Positions 25,384 through 37,500 of a stretch of DNA of 64,000 nt are shown piece after piece. The position numbers and the translations under genes are program-made. The first letter of the stretch is position 1; every line of letters starts with the position of its first letter. Source of the stretch: Macrostomum lignano (lineage: Eukaryota); contig NIVC01000584.1 in the NCBI GenBank assembly GCA_002269645.1, forward strand, positions 97,477-161,476. Direction: 5' to 3'. The notes under the pieces were generated by a model, which made no database searches, was not told the origin of the DNA, and worked only from the letters and a program-made list of their open reading frames with translations.

Positions 25384-28300
25384 ATGACTTCCCTGCTGGC
25401 AACGCAGCTCAACAAGCTGCGCCTGCCCGAAGGCCAGACAGCCAGCGCAGACTACAGGAGACGCAAATCACTGATTCATTCGGCAACAGAATTAAATAAA
25501 ATCGATGCCGCTGCCCACCTGGAAAGAGGTAGGTGCGATTGAGTATAGAAATGCGACGGTGAAGAATTGCTCGCTCTAGAGCGTTATGGACATTCAAGCA
25601 TACAAACCTTAGAGATTTAGTATATTTAGATGGTATCCAAGTGAATCAGATAAAAATTCCGGCAGATATCTTAGTGGAAGAAGTATGGAAGGAATTATCT
25701 GGGTGGTAGAATTTATGGCGAATCGGCATCATGTCAGATCGAAATCATGCCAGATGGACATCATTCCAGGTAGACATAATTCCAAATGGAAATCATGCCA
25801 GATGGACATCATTCCAGGTAGACATAATTCCAAATGGAAATCATGCCAGATAGACATCATTCCAGGTAGACATAATTCCAAATGGAAATCATGCCTGATG
25901 GACATCATTCCAGATGGACATCATTCCAGATGGACATCATTCCAAATAGAAATCGTGCTAGATAGAAAAATCATTTTCGATAAAAATGATGCCAGATGGA
26001 AGTCATGCCAGATGGCTCATGCAGATAAAACTTCAGCTTCTCATTCCTGATTGAATTCCAGCTCAGAAGGCATTTCAACACCTGCTGAATGTGGACCCGA
26101 GCTTGCAAGAGTTTCAAGACTGCTTCTTCTCCGAGGAGCGACTGAACTTCGAGCCGTCAATGCAGACCCCCAGCAGCAAGGCAGCTCTGGATCAAATTAT
26201 CGAGCACTTTTATCTGCGCGTTTCCCAGCATCTTCTGCTCGGCATCACCCTGGATGCGCTGGAGTGGCTGGTTTATCGGTTCCAAACGCATCAGTACAAC
26301 ATGGAGGCCATGCTGCAGGCCGTGTTGCCTTATCACAGCACCAACCTGTTTCCCAAGTAGGCTGCTGCTGTCTGGGCTTGGCTGAGGACACTGGGGCGGC
26401 CCTGTCTGCGACACGCAGTGGGAGAAGCCGGACCCCAGCCCAAAAAAACAGGGGGGGGGGAGCCGGACCCCAGCCCAAAAAAACAGGGGGGGGGGAGCCG
26501 GACCCCAGCCCAAAGACACAGTGGGGGGGGGCTGGACCCCAGCCCAAAAAAACAGGGGGGGGGGGGAGCCGGACCCCAGCCCAAAGACACAGTGGTGGAA
26601 GCCGGACCCCAGCCCAAAGACACAGTGGGGGGGAAGCCGGACCCCAGCCCAAAGACACAGTGGGGGGGGGGCTGGACCCCAGCCCAAAGACACATTGTGG
26701 GAGGCCGGACCCCAGCCCAAAGACACATTGAGGGAGGCCGGACCCCAGCCCAAAGACACATTGAGGGAGGCCGGACCCCAGCCCAAAGACACATTGAGGG
26801 AGGCCGGACCCCAGCCCAAAGACACAGTGGGCGGAGGCTGGACCCCAGCCCAAAGACACAGTGGTGGAAGCCGGACCCCAGCCCAAAGACACAGTGGGCG
26901 GAGGCTGGACCCCAGCCCAAAGACACATTGTGGGAGGCCGGACCCCAGCCCAAAGACACATTGAGGGAGGCCGGACCCCAGCCCAAAGACACAGTGGGGG
27001 GGGGAGGCTGGACCCCAGCCCAAAGACACATTGTGGGAGGCCGGACCCCAGCCCAAAGACACAGTGGGGGGGGGAGGCCGGACCCCAGCCCAAAGACACA
27101 TTGAGGGAGGCCGGACCCCAGCCCAAAGACACAGTGGGCGGAGGCTGGACCCCAGCCCAAAGACACAGTGGTGGAAGCCGGACCCCAGCCCAAAGATACA
27201 GTGGGCGGAGGCTGGACCCCAGCCTAAAGACACAGTGGGCGGAGGCTGGACCCCAGCCCAAAGACACAGTGGTGGAAGCCGGACCCCAGCCCAAAGACAC
27301 AGTGGTGGAAGCCGGACCCCAGCCCAAAGACACAGTGGTGGAAGCCGGACCCCAGCCCAAAGACACAGTGGTGGAAGCCGGACCCCAGCCCAAAGACACA
27401 GTGGGGGGGAAGCCGGACCCCAGCCCAAAGACACAGTGGGGGGGGGGGGCTGGACCCCAGCCCAAAGACACATTGTGGGAGGCCGGACCCCAGCCCAAAG
27501 ACACATTGAGGGAGGCCGGACCCCAGCCCAAAGACACATTGAGGGAGGCCGGACCCCAGCCCAAAGACACATTGAGGGAGGCCGGACCCCAGCCCAAAGA
27601 CACAGTGGGCGGAGGCTGGACCCCAGCCCAAAGACACAGTGGTGGAAGCCGGACCCCAGCCCAAAGACACAGTGGGCGGAGGCTGGACCCCAGCCCAAAG
27701 ACACATTGTGGGAGGCCGGACCCCAGCCCAAAGACACAGTGGGCGGAGGCTGGACCCCAGCCCAAAGACACAGTGGTGGAAGCCGGACCCCAGCCCAAAG
27801 ACACAGTGGTGGAAGCCGGACCCCAGCCCAAAGATACAGTGGGCGGAGGCTGGACCCCAGCCTAAAGACACAGTGGGCGGAGGCTGGACCCCAGCCCAAA
27901 GACACAGTGGTGGAAGCCGGACCCCAGCCCAAAGACACAGTGGTGGAAGCCGGACCCCAGCCCAAAGACACAGTGGTGGAAGCCGGACCCCAGCCCAAAG
28001 ACACAGTGGTGGAAGCCGGACCCCAGCCCAAAGACACAGTGGGGGGGAGGCTGGACCCCAGCCCAAAAACACATTGAGGGAGGCCGGACCCCAGCCCAAA
28101 GACACAGTGGGCGGAGGCTGGACCCCAGCCCAAAGACACATTGAGGGAGGCCGGACCCCGGCCCAAGGCACAGTGGTGGAAGACGGACCCCAGCCCAAAG
28201 ACACATTGAGGGAGGCCGGACCCCAGCCCAAATACACAGTGGGGGGAGGCTGGACCCCAGCCCAAAGACACATTGAGGGAGGCCGGACCCCAGCCCAAGG

Positions 28301-31300
28301 CACAGTGGGGGGGGGAGGGAGGCCGGACCCCAGCCCAAAGACACAGTGGTGGAAGCCGGACCCCAGCCCAAAGACACATTGAGGGAGGCCGGACCCCAGC
28401 CCAAGGCACAGTGGGGGGGGAGGGAGGCTGGACCCCAGCCCAAAGACACAGTGGTGGAAGCCGGACCCCAGCCCAAAGACACATTGAGGGAGGCCGGACC
28501 CCAGCCCAAGGCACAGTGGGGGGGAGGCTGGACCCCAGCCCAAAGACACAGTGGTGGAAGCCGGACCCCAGCCCAAAGACACATTGAGGGAGGCCGGACC
28601 CCAGCCCAAGGCACAGTGGTGGAAGACGGACCCCAGCCCCAGCCCAAATACACAGTGGGGGGAGGCTGGACCCCAGCCCAAGGCACAGGCAAGGCAAGGT
28701 GGAAGCCGGACCCCAGCCCAAAAACACATTGAGGGAGGCCGGACCCCAGCCCAAAGACACAGTGGGCGGAGGCTGGACCCCAGCCCAAAGACACATTGAG
28801 GGAGGCCGGACCCCGGCCCAAGGCACAGTGGTGGAAGACGGACCCCAGCCCAAAGACACATTGAGGGAGGCCGGACCCCAGCCCAAATACACAGTGGGGG
28901 GAGGCTGGACCCCAGCCCAAAGACACATTGAGGGAGGCCGGACCCCAGCCCAAGGCACAGTGGGGGGGGAGGGAGGCCGGACCCCAGCCCAAAGACACAG
29001 TGGTGGAAGCCGGACCCCAGCCCAAAGACACATTGAGGGAGGCCGGACCCCAGCCCAAGGCACAGTGGGGGGGGGAGGGAGGCTGGACCCCAGCCCAAAG
29101 ACACAGTGGTGGAAGCCGGACCCCAGCCCAAAGACACATTGAGGGAGGCCGGACCCCAGCCCAAGGCACAGTGGGGGGGAGGCTGGATCCCAGCCCAAAG
29201 ACACAGTGGTGGAAGCCGGACCCCAGCCCAAAGACACAGTGGTGGAAGCCGGACCCCAGCCCAAAGACACATTGAGGGAGGCCGGACCCCAGCCCAAGGC
29301 ACAGTGGTGGAAGACGGACCCCAGCCCCAGCCCAAATACACAGTGGGGGGAGGCTGGACCCCAGCCCAAGGCACAGGCAAGGCAAGGTGGAAGCCGGATC
29401 CCAGCCCAAAGACACATGGGGGCACCCACTGCTGTGAGTCCAGCAGTCACGTGACGCACCACGCCAATCCCGCAGGTTCCTGCAGCTGTTCGAGTTTACA
29501 GCGCAGAACCGCCGCTGGCACTGGCTGAAGCCGCTGGCCAATCAGGGGCAGCCGCTGAGCCGGGCGGAGCTGGTCCGCATGACCGGCAGGGACGAGTCGC
29601 TGCTGGCCTTTGTCTGCCAGCTCGTCCAGCGGGCTTTCAAAGCCTTTGGCGCCGAGGATGAGCCCCGACTTCGCCTGTTTGTCAACCTGTTCGCCCAGGT
29701 GACTCTGGGGCTGCTGATGAAGCCGCTGGATGAGGTTCGGCTCAGCAAGTGCGTGAACTGCTTGAATTTCTACCTGCTGAAGGGCATGCGGTCTGCGGCT
29801 GCCTGCTACCGCCACTCCGCCTACCAGATTGTGCAGCTGCTGGCTGTGAAGCACCGCCTGAGTGGCTCCGTACTGCACATGTGGATTAAGCGGCTGCTCA
29901 AGGTTGGCTTGTTGTACTTTTTTATTTGGCTTTGGTTGCTTGTAACTTTGTCTGGGTTTCAATTTATCTATAGAAATGTATTGATCTGCTGAGTTTCATT
30001 AAACGTTTCAATTATTAAATTTTTGGTAGCAAAAATTTGACCCCCTTAGTAACAGAGATTCGATCCCTTTTGTAACAGAGATTTAATCCCCTTAGTAACA
30101 GAGATTCCATCCCTTTTGTAACAGAGATTTAATCCCCTTAGTAACAGAGATTCGATCCCCTTAGTAACAGAGATTCCATCCCCTTAGTAACAGAGATTCC
30201 ATCCCCTTAGTAACAGCGATTCTATCCCCTTAGTAACAGAGATTCCATCCCCTTAGTAACAGAGATTCCATCCCCTTAGTAACAGAGATTCCATCCCCTT
30301 AGTGACAGAGATTCCATCCCCTTAGTAACAGCGATTCTATCCCCTTAGTAACAGAGATTCCATCCCCTTAGTAACAGCGATTCTATCCCCTTAGTAACAG
30401 AGATTCCATCCCCTTAGTAACAAAGATTCCATCCCCTTAGTAACAGAGATTCCATCCCCTTAGTAACAGAGATTACATCCCCTTAGTAACAGTGATTCCA
30501 TCCCCTTAGTAACAGAGATTCCATCCCCTTAGTAACAGAGATTCCATCCCCTTAGTAACAGAGATTCCATCCCCTTAGTAACAGAGATTCCATCCCCTTA
30601 GTAACAGAGATTCCATCCCCTTAGTAACAGAGGTTCCATCCCCTTAGTAACAGAGATTCCATCCCCTTAGTAACAAAGATTCCATCCCCTTAGTAACAGA
30701 GATTCCATCCCCTTAGTAACAGAGATTCCATCCCCTTAGTAACAGAGATTCCATCCCCTTAGTAACAGAGATTCCATCCCCTTAGTAACAGAGGTTCAAT
30801 CCCCTTTGTCAGCTAGTAATTCTATATAGAGTCCACAAATAAAGTCAGCCAATCGGCTTTACAAATTTTCCAGGCATAACAATGATTGCTCTTATAAAGT
30901 TTTAAATCTGTACTTTTATAGCCGCAAATTTACAGCTTATAGCTATATAGGTAAAGTGCACTAATATTCAACATCCTTCACGCCTACAGTCGTCAGCCAA
31001 GCGGGACCCCGCCGAGGTTTGCCTGCTGGTGGCGACGCTGTGCCGGACCCAGAAATGCCAGGTGCCAGATGAGTTCACCGAGCGATTTCTGGAGCTCTGC
31101 TCGGCCTGCAAGTCCAACGTTCTCAACGAATTTCCCGACATTGTGTCGCGCAGCACTGAATCTGTCGATATTGTTTTCGATGAGAATCACTCTCTTGTTG
31201 CTAAGGACGCCGCAGGCGTTGCTATGGAAACTAAACCAGTTGATATAGACGCTTCGATGGACGAGAAAAATGGAGGGGATCAACCGGAAGCACCTGAGAG

Positions 31301-33900
31301 CAGGAAGGAGGACAAACTTAAGGAGAAGAAATTGGCGGCAAGATTAGCTGCTGAGAATGCAGTGATGAAGCTGTTTCAGACTCCTGGGCTGCCTGCGGAG
31401 TCTGTGCCAGCAGCTGCAGCTGAATCTGCCGAAACCGCCCCGGATGAGACAGGCAATGCGACAAGTGACGCCAATCAGTCACAAAAACCTCAGGTAGGTG
31501 GTTGTTAAGCTTTTTAATGTACTTTTCATTTTTAACTAATTGTAGAAACAGGCTGAGCTCGTGGTATTTCACTTAACATGACCGGCAAGGCATCTCTCAG
31601 TAATGACTAATTATACCAACAACTATAGATGATCAATTATCGATAAGTGATATCTGTCAGTCAAATATCGACAACCGATATCTGTCGGTCAAATATCGAT
31701 AACCAATATCAGTCGATCAAATATCGATAACCGATATCAGTCGATCAAATATCGATAGCCGATATCAGTCGGTCAAATATCGACAACCGATATCAGTCGG
31801 TCAAATATCGATAACCGATATCAGTCGATCAAATATCGATAACCGATATCAGTCGGTCAAATATCGATAGCCGATATCAGTCGATCAAATATCGATAACC
31901 GATATCATTCGATCAAATATCGATAGCCGATATCAGTCTGTCAAATATCGACAACCGATATCAGTAGGTCAAATATCGATAGCCGATATCAGTCGATCAA
32001 ATATCGATAGCCGATATCAGTCGGTCAAATATCGACAACCGATATCAGTCGGTCAAATATCGACAACCGATATCAGTCGGTCAAATATCGATAACCGATA
32101 TCAGTCGATCAAATATCGATAGCCGATATCAGTCGATCAAATATCGATAGCCGATATCAGTCGGTCAAATATCGACAACCGATATCAGTCGGTCAAATAT
32201 CGATAACCGATATCAGTCGATCAAATATCGATAGCCGATATCAGTCGGTCAATTATCGATAATCAATATCACCCAGTCAATTATCGATAATCGATATCAG
32301 TCAGTCAATGATTCATAATAAATAACAGCTAATTAATTTTTGTTTATCGATAATCGCTGTATAGAGATGAATTTCCCCACCTCCGAAATGCCGCAGGTGG
32401 CCCCAGAGCCGGCTCCGAGCTCCCCCATCCTGGTGATTGGCTCGCTCATCCGCCTGCTGGCCTCGCCAGCCCAGTCGGTCCGCCGCGACTCCCTCGGCTC
32501 GCTGCGCCGCCTGCTGTCGCTCGCCAGGCCCGACGGCTGCTCGGCCGGCCCCACCGACGAGTCGGAGGAGGACGCTCAGATGTGGGACGCCGTCGAGGCG
32601 CTGCTCAACGACGCCCGGGCGATCCAGCACGACAGGCAGTGGGTGATGCGGCAGCAGCTCGGCCCGGCCTGCTGCCGGCTGGTTTGGCTGTCCATGGCCG
32701 AGCTGGCCGGCGGTCTGGCCGGCTGCTCCGCGCTGACGCCAATTCAACGGCGCTGCCTGCTGGGCCAGCTGCACTTCCTGCCGGAGCTGCGGCTGGCGGC
32801 GCTGGTCGCCGAGCAGCCTGGCGGCGGCGACGACGGTGGCAGAGATTCCGAGGCCGGCGGCCTTGGCCTGCTGTTAAGAATGATCCGCCTGCCAGACCCT
32901 AGCCTTGCTCGGGCCGTTGCTATGAAGGTTGGTTTGTTACCATTGTCATGATTTCATGGGGTCTTTATCCTGATTTCATGGGGTGTTTGTCCTGATTTCA
33001 TGGGGTGTTTGTCCTGATTTCATGGGGTCTTTGTCCTGATTTCATGGGGTCTTTGTCCTGATTTCATGGGGTCTTTATCCTGATTTCATGGGGTGTTTGT
33101 CCTGATTTCATGGGGTGTTTGTTCTGATTTCATGGGGTGTTTGTCCTGATTTCATGGGGTCGTTGTCCTGATTTCATGGCGTCTTTGTCCTGATTTCATG
33201 GCGTCTTTGTCCTGATTTCATGGCGTCTTTGTCCTGATTTCATGGGTGTTTGTCCTGATTTCATGGCGTCTTTGTCCTGATTTCATTATGCCTTTGTCCT
33301 GATTTCATTATGCCTTTGTCCTCAATTTTATTCCAGGTGACTCCGGCTGTATTCAACACCCTGAACCCGGCAATGAAGCTGGCCTACCTAACGAGGGCCT
33401 AGGTTCGACTCCGTTGACAGAAGATCCCGACGTGCTGGCGTTGGCGTGCGGCTACAGCGTGGAGACTGTCGTGTATCTGGACGCTCTGGCCAACCTGTTT
33501 GGCCTGGTGCCAACTCGGGCTTCTATACAGAATCTATCTGCCAAGTGAGTGGCTGAATTGAGGAGTCAGTTTCTAGGAAAGACTCACCATCACCACCACC
33601 ACCATCATCGCCATCATCACCATAATTCTCACCATCTTCATCACCACCATTATCATCATCATCGTCATCATCACCATAATTCTCACCATCTTCATCACCA
33701 CCATTATCATCATCATCATCATCATCATCACCATAATTCTCACCATCTTCATCACCACCATTATCATCATCATCACCATAATTCTCACCATCTTCATCAC
33801 CACCATTATCATCATCATCATCATCATCACCATAATTCTCACCATCTTCATCACCACCATTATCATCATCATCATCATCTTCATCATCATCATCATCATC

Positions 33901-33937
<37 letters not shown>

Positions 33938-34032
33938 CCATAATTCTCACCATCTTCATCACCACCATTATCATCATCATCATCATCATCATCATCATCT
34001 TCATCACCACCATTATCATCATCATCATCATC

Positions 34033-34081
<49 letters not shown>

Positions 34082-34293
34082 CCATAATTCTCACCATCTT
34101 CATCACCACCATTATCATCATCATCATCATCATCATCACCATAATTCTCACCATCTTCATCACCACCATTATCATCATCATCACCATAATTCTCACCATC
34201 TTCATCACCACCATTATCATCATCATCATCATCATCATCACCATAATTCTCACCATCTTCATCACCACCATTATCATCATCATCATCATCATC

Positions 34294-34378
<85 letters not shown>

Positions 34379-34473
34379 CCATAATTCTCACCATCTTCAT
34401 CACCACCATTATCATCATCATCATCATCATCATCATCATCTTCATCACCACCATTATCATCATCATCATCATC

Positions 34474-34525
<52 letters not shown>

Positions 34526-37500
34526 CCACAATCATCACCATCATCATCATCGCCATCATTATCACCATAATCATCACCACCACCACCATCATCATCGCCA
34601 TCATAGCCATTATCATCGACATCATCATCATCATCGCCACCATTACCACCACCACTATCATCATTATCATAAACTTGGAACTGCAGGCGCAGAAGCATTT
34701 CAAGCCAGGGCAACGCCTACTTGGACATGCCGGCATCGGATAAGCGGCAGGCTCGGCTGCTGTTCCGCATGGCCAGCTGCTCCGATGCCAGCGCTGATCA
34801 GCTGGACAGCGGGCTGCAGCTGGTGATTCGGCTGCTGGAGGTGCTGCAAATGTGAGTTCTTCAAGTGTGACCGTTATCTGCGGATTTAGCGATATTTCTT
34901 AACTGTTGGGCGTTGGCTGAGTTTAGCGGAAGGTACTTGAGGTTAGTTGAAACTTAATGGGGTTAGCAGAAGTTACCTGCGGGTAGTGGAAGTTACCTGC
35001 GGGTAGCGGAAGTTACCTGCGGGTAGCGGAAGTTACCTGAGGGTAGCGGAAGTTACCTGAGGGTAGCGAAAATGACCTGAGGGTAGCGGAAGTTACCTGC
35101 GGGTAGCGGAAGTTACCTGAGGGTAGCGGAAGTTACCTGAGGGTAGCGGAAGTTACCTGAGGGTAGCGAAAATGACCTGAGGGTAGCGGAAGTTACCTGA
35201 GGGTAGCGAAAGTTACCTGAGGGTAGCGGAAGTTACCTGAGGGAAGCGAAAATGACCTGAAGGTAGCGGAAGTAAAGATTAAGATAAGTAGCAGAGGGAT
35301 TGGATTAAAGTGACCTAAGCGGCCATCATGAACGCCACCACCCACCGCAGTCTGGTGCAGGCGCACGCTCGGCTAGACGCCAGCAATCAACAAGCAGAAG
35401 AGGAGTCAACCACTTTAGTGTCGGACATTGGCCTGTGTCTAGTGGCTGCAGACCGGGCCGCCGCTCGGACGCCAGACGCCGATGGCCGAGTCAGCGGGCT
35501 GGCCGATCTGATTCCGCTGCAGGCGGTGCTCAGCTGCGCCCGGGCCGTGTCCGATCGGAGCTGCCAGTACGCCGCCGTGGGCCTGCTGTGCCGCCTTTGC
35601 CGCCTGGCCCCAGCCAGCGCCGCCGCCTGCTGCCGCGGCCTCGTTGACTTCTTGGTCGGCGGCGGGTTTTTCGGCCGGGCAGATCGGCACAGCGAGGAAC
35701 TGTGGCGCGGACTGGTGGGATCCGTGCTGCCAGCCTATGCTAGGTAGGATCCGTGATCTGTGTTTGAGCCGACCCCAATCCGCCCCATATAACCGCTCCC
35801 CAATCCGCCCTATAGAACTGCCCTCTTCAATCCGCTCCGTAGAACCGCCCCCCCCCCGATCCGCCCCATAGAACCGCCCCCCAATCCGCTCCATAGAACC
35901 GCCACCCCCACGATCCGCCCCATAGAACCGCCCCCCCAATCCGATCCATAAAACCGCCCCCCGATCCGCTCCATAGAGCGACCCCCAATCCGCCCCATAG
36001 AACCGCCCCCCCCCCGATCCGCCCCATAGAACCGCCCCCCGATCCGCTTCATTGAACCGCCCCTCTGATCCTCCCCCAATCCGCCCCTTCGAACCGCCAA
36101 ATTGTCACTTCGCGTTCCCCGCTCTCTCGCTGCAGATGCAATCCTCTAGCGTGCCGCTTCTCGCCCAGCTGCTGTCAGCCTACGAGGACATGTCGCCGAG
36201 TCGCCGTCCTGAAGTCTTCGCCCAGCTGGTCGAGTCCGTCGGCACCGGCGCCCACCTTTGGGCGCTGCTGCTGCTGTTGAATCGGCGCGCACGCTCTCTG
36301 CAGCAGCAGCGGCGGAAACGGCGCCAGCCACCATCGCAACAGCAGCGACTGTCAGAGAGCGAAGACGGCGACGCCGACGGCCAGTTCGAGCCGCCGACCC
36401 GGCGACGCCGACTGTCAACCTCGGTGTCGATCTCGGAGGACCCGCCGGCGGCAGCAGCTCAGCAGCAGCAGCCGCAGCAGTTCGACAGTCTCGGCTCCAG
36501 CGTGCTGGCCGAGTTCGCCGTCTCCGAGCAGCTGCTGGCCTGCGCCGGCCTCATCCGCTACCTGCTGCGCCGCATCGATCCAGCATCCTTAGGTGCCTCA
36601 TCATCGGCCGTCTCCGCTTTGCCCTTCCTCGAGCTGGACAAGGCGGCTGACGAATTCGGCGGCGACGAATATTTCGGCTTCGACGAGCTGGACGAAGAGC
36701 TCGAGTCCGCGCTGCTGCCCGCCACAGCGGCCGCCGCCGAGCTGCCGGCCCAGCTGGAGTCCGCGCTCAACTTTGTCGGCGCCCACCTGAGCCGGCGGGA
36801 CCTTCTGGCCGGCATGGCCGAAGCCGAGAACTCTGCCGCAGCGATGACGCAGCTGTTCGAGGCTTTAGTCAACGCGTTGCTATGGGCAACCGGGCCCAGC
36901 AACAGCAGCAGGGCCGCCATCTGGCCAGCCTGTGCGTTCGAACCATCGAGCGGGCCGAGCAGGCGGTGCCGGGTGTTCAATTCCTGCGGGTCGTCTGCGG
37001 CCTGCTGGCCCGGCCAGAGCCTGCGTCAGGCGGAAGGCGCTGGACCTCATGCTGAGCAAGCTGACCGGCCTTGACCGCGCCGGAGCAGTGCCTCTGCTGC
37101 GCCAGTCTCTGCTGGACTGCCTGGCTGGGGTGGAGCGGAACTATCAGGGCAGTCAGGTGCGAATCATTTATTATATTCTGGATATCCTGTTGCATCCAAA
37201 TGGCAAGCCAAGCCCAAGAATCGCCTCTCAGCCAACTCTAGAATCGCCCCTCAGCCAAACCCAAGAATCGCTCCTCAGCCAAACCCAAAAATCACCCCTC
37301 AGTCAAGCCCAAAAAATCGCCCCTCAGTCAAGCCCAAGAATTACTCTCAGCCAAGCCCAAGAATCGCCCCTCAGTCAAACCCAAGAATCGCCCCTCAGCC
37401 AAGCCCGAGAATCGCCCCTCAGCCAAGCCCAAAAATCGCCCCTCAGCCAAGCCCAAGAATCACCCCTCAGTCAAGCCTAAGAATCGCCCCTCAGCCAAGC

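Noticed and set aside
13330-29420. Repeat arrays with variable interspersed segments that superficially resemble CRISPR
   Set aside because: The variable parts are mutated copies of the unit, not unique spacers; the context is eukaryotic and there are no cas genes.
26157-29541. Very long ORFs (up to 1101 aa) on both strands
   Set aside because: They are translations of a stop-free 33-bp intronic minisatellite lying between canonical HEATR1 splice sites.
33401-33411. Perfect Pol III B-box (GGTTCGACTCC)
   Set aside because: It lies inside a HEATR1 exon with no A-box or cloverleaf; chance match.
36136-36149. Stronger-looking acceptor ctgcAG at 36135
   Set aside because: Phase 0 is incompatible with the upstream phase-2 donor at 35743; the acceptor at 36149 keeps the frame.
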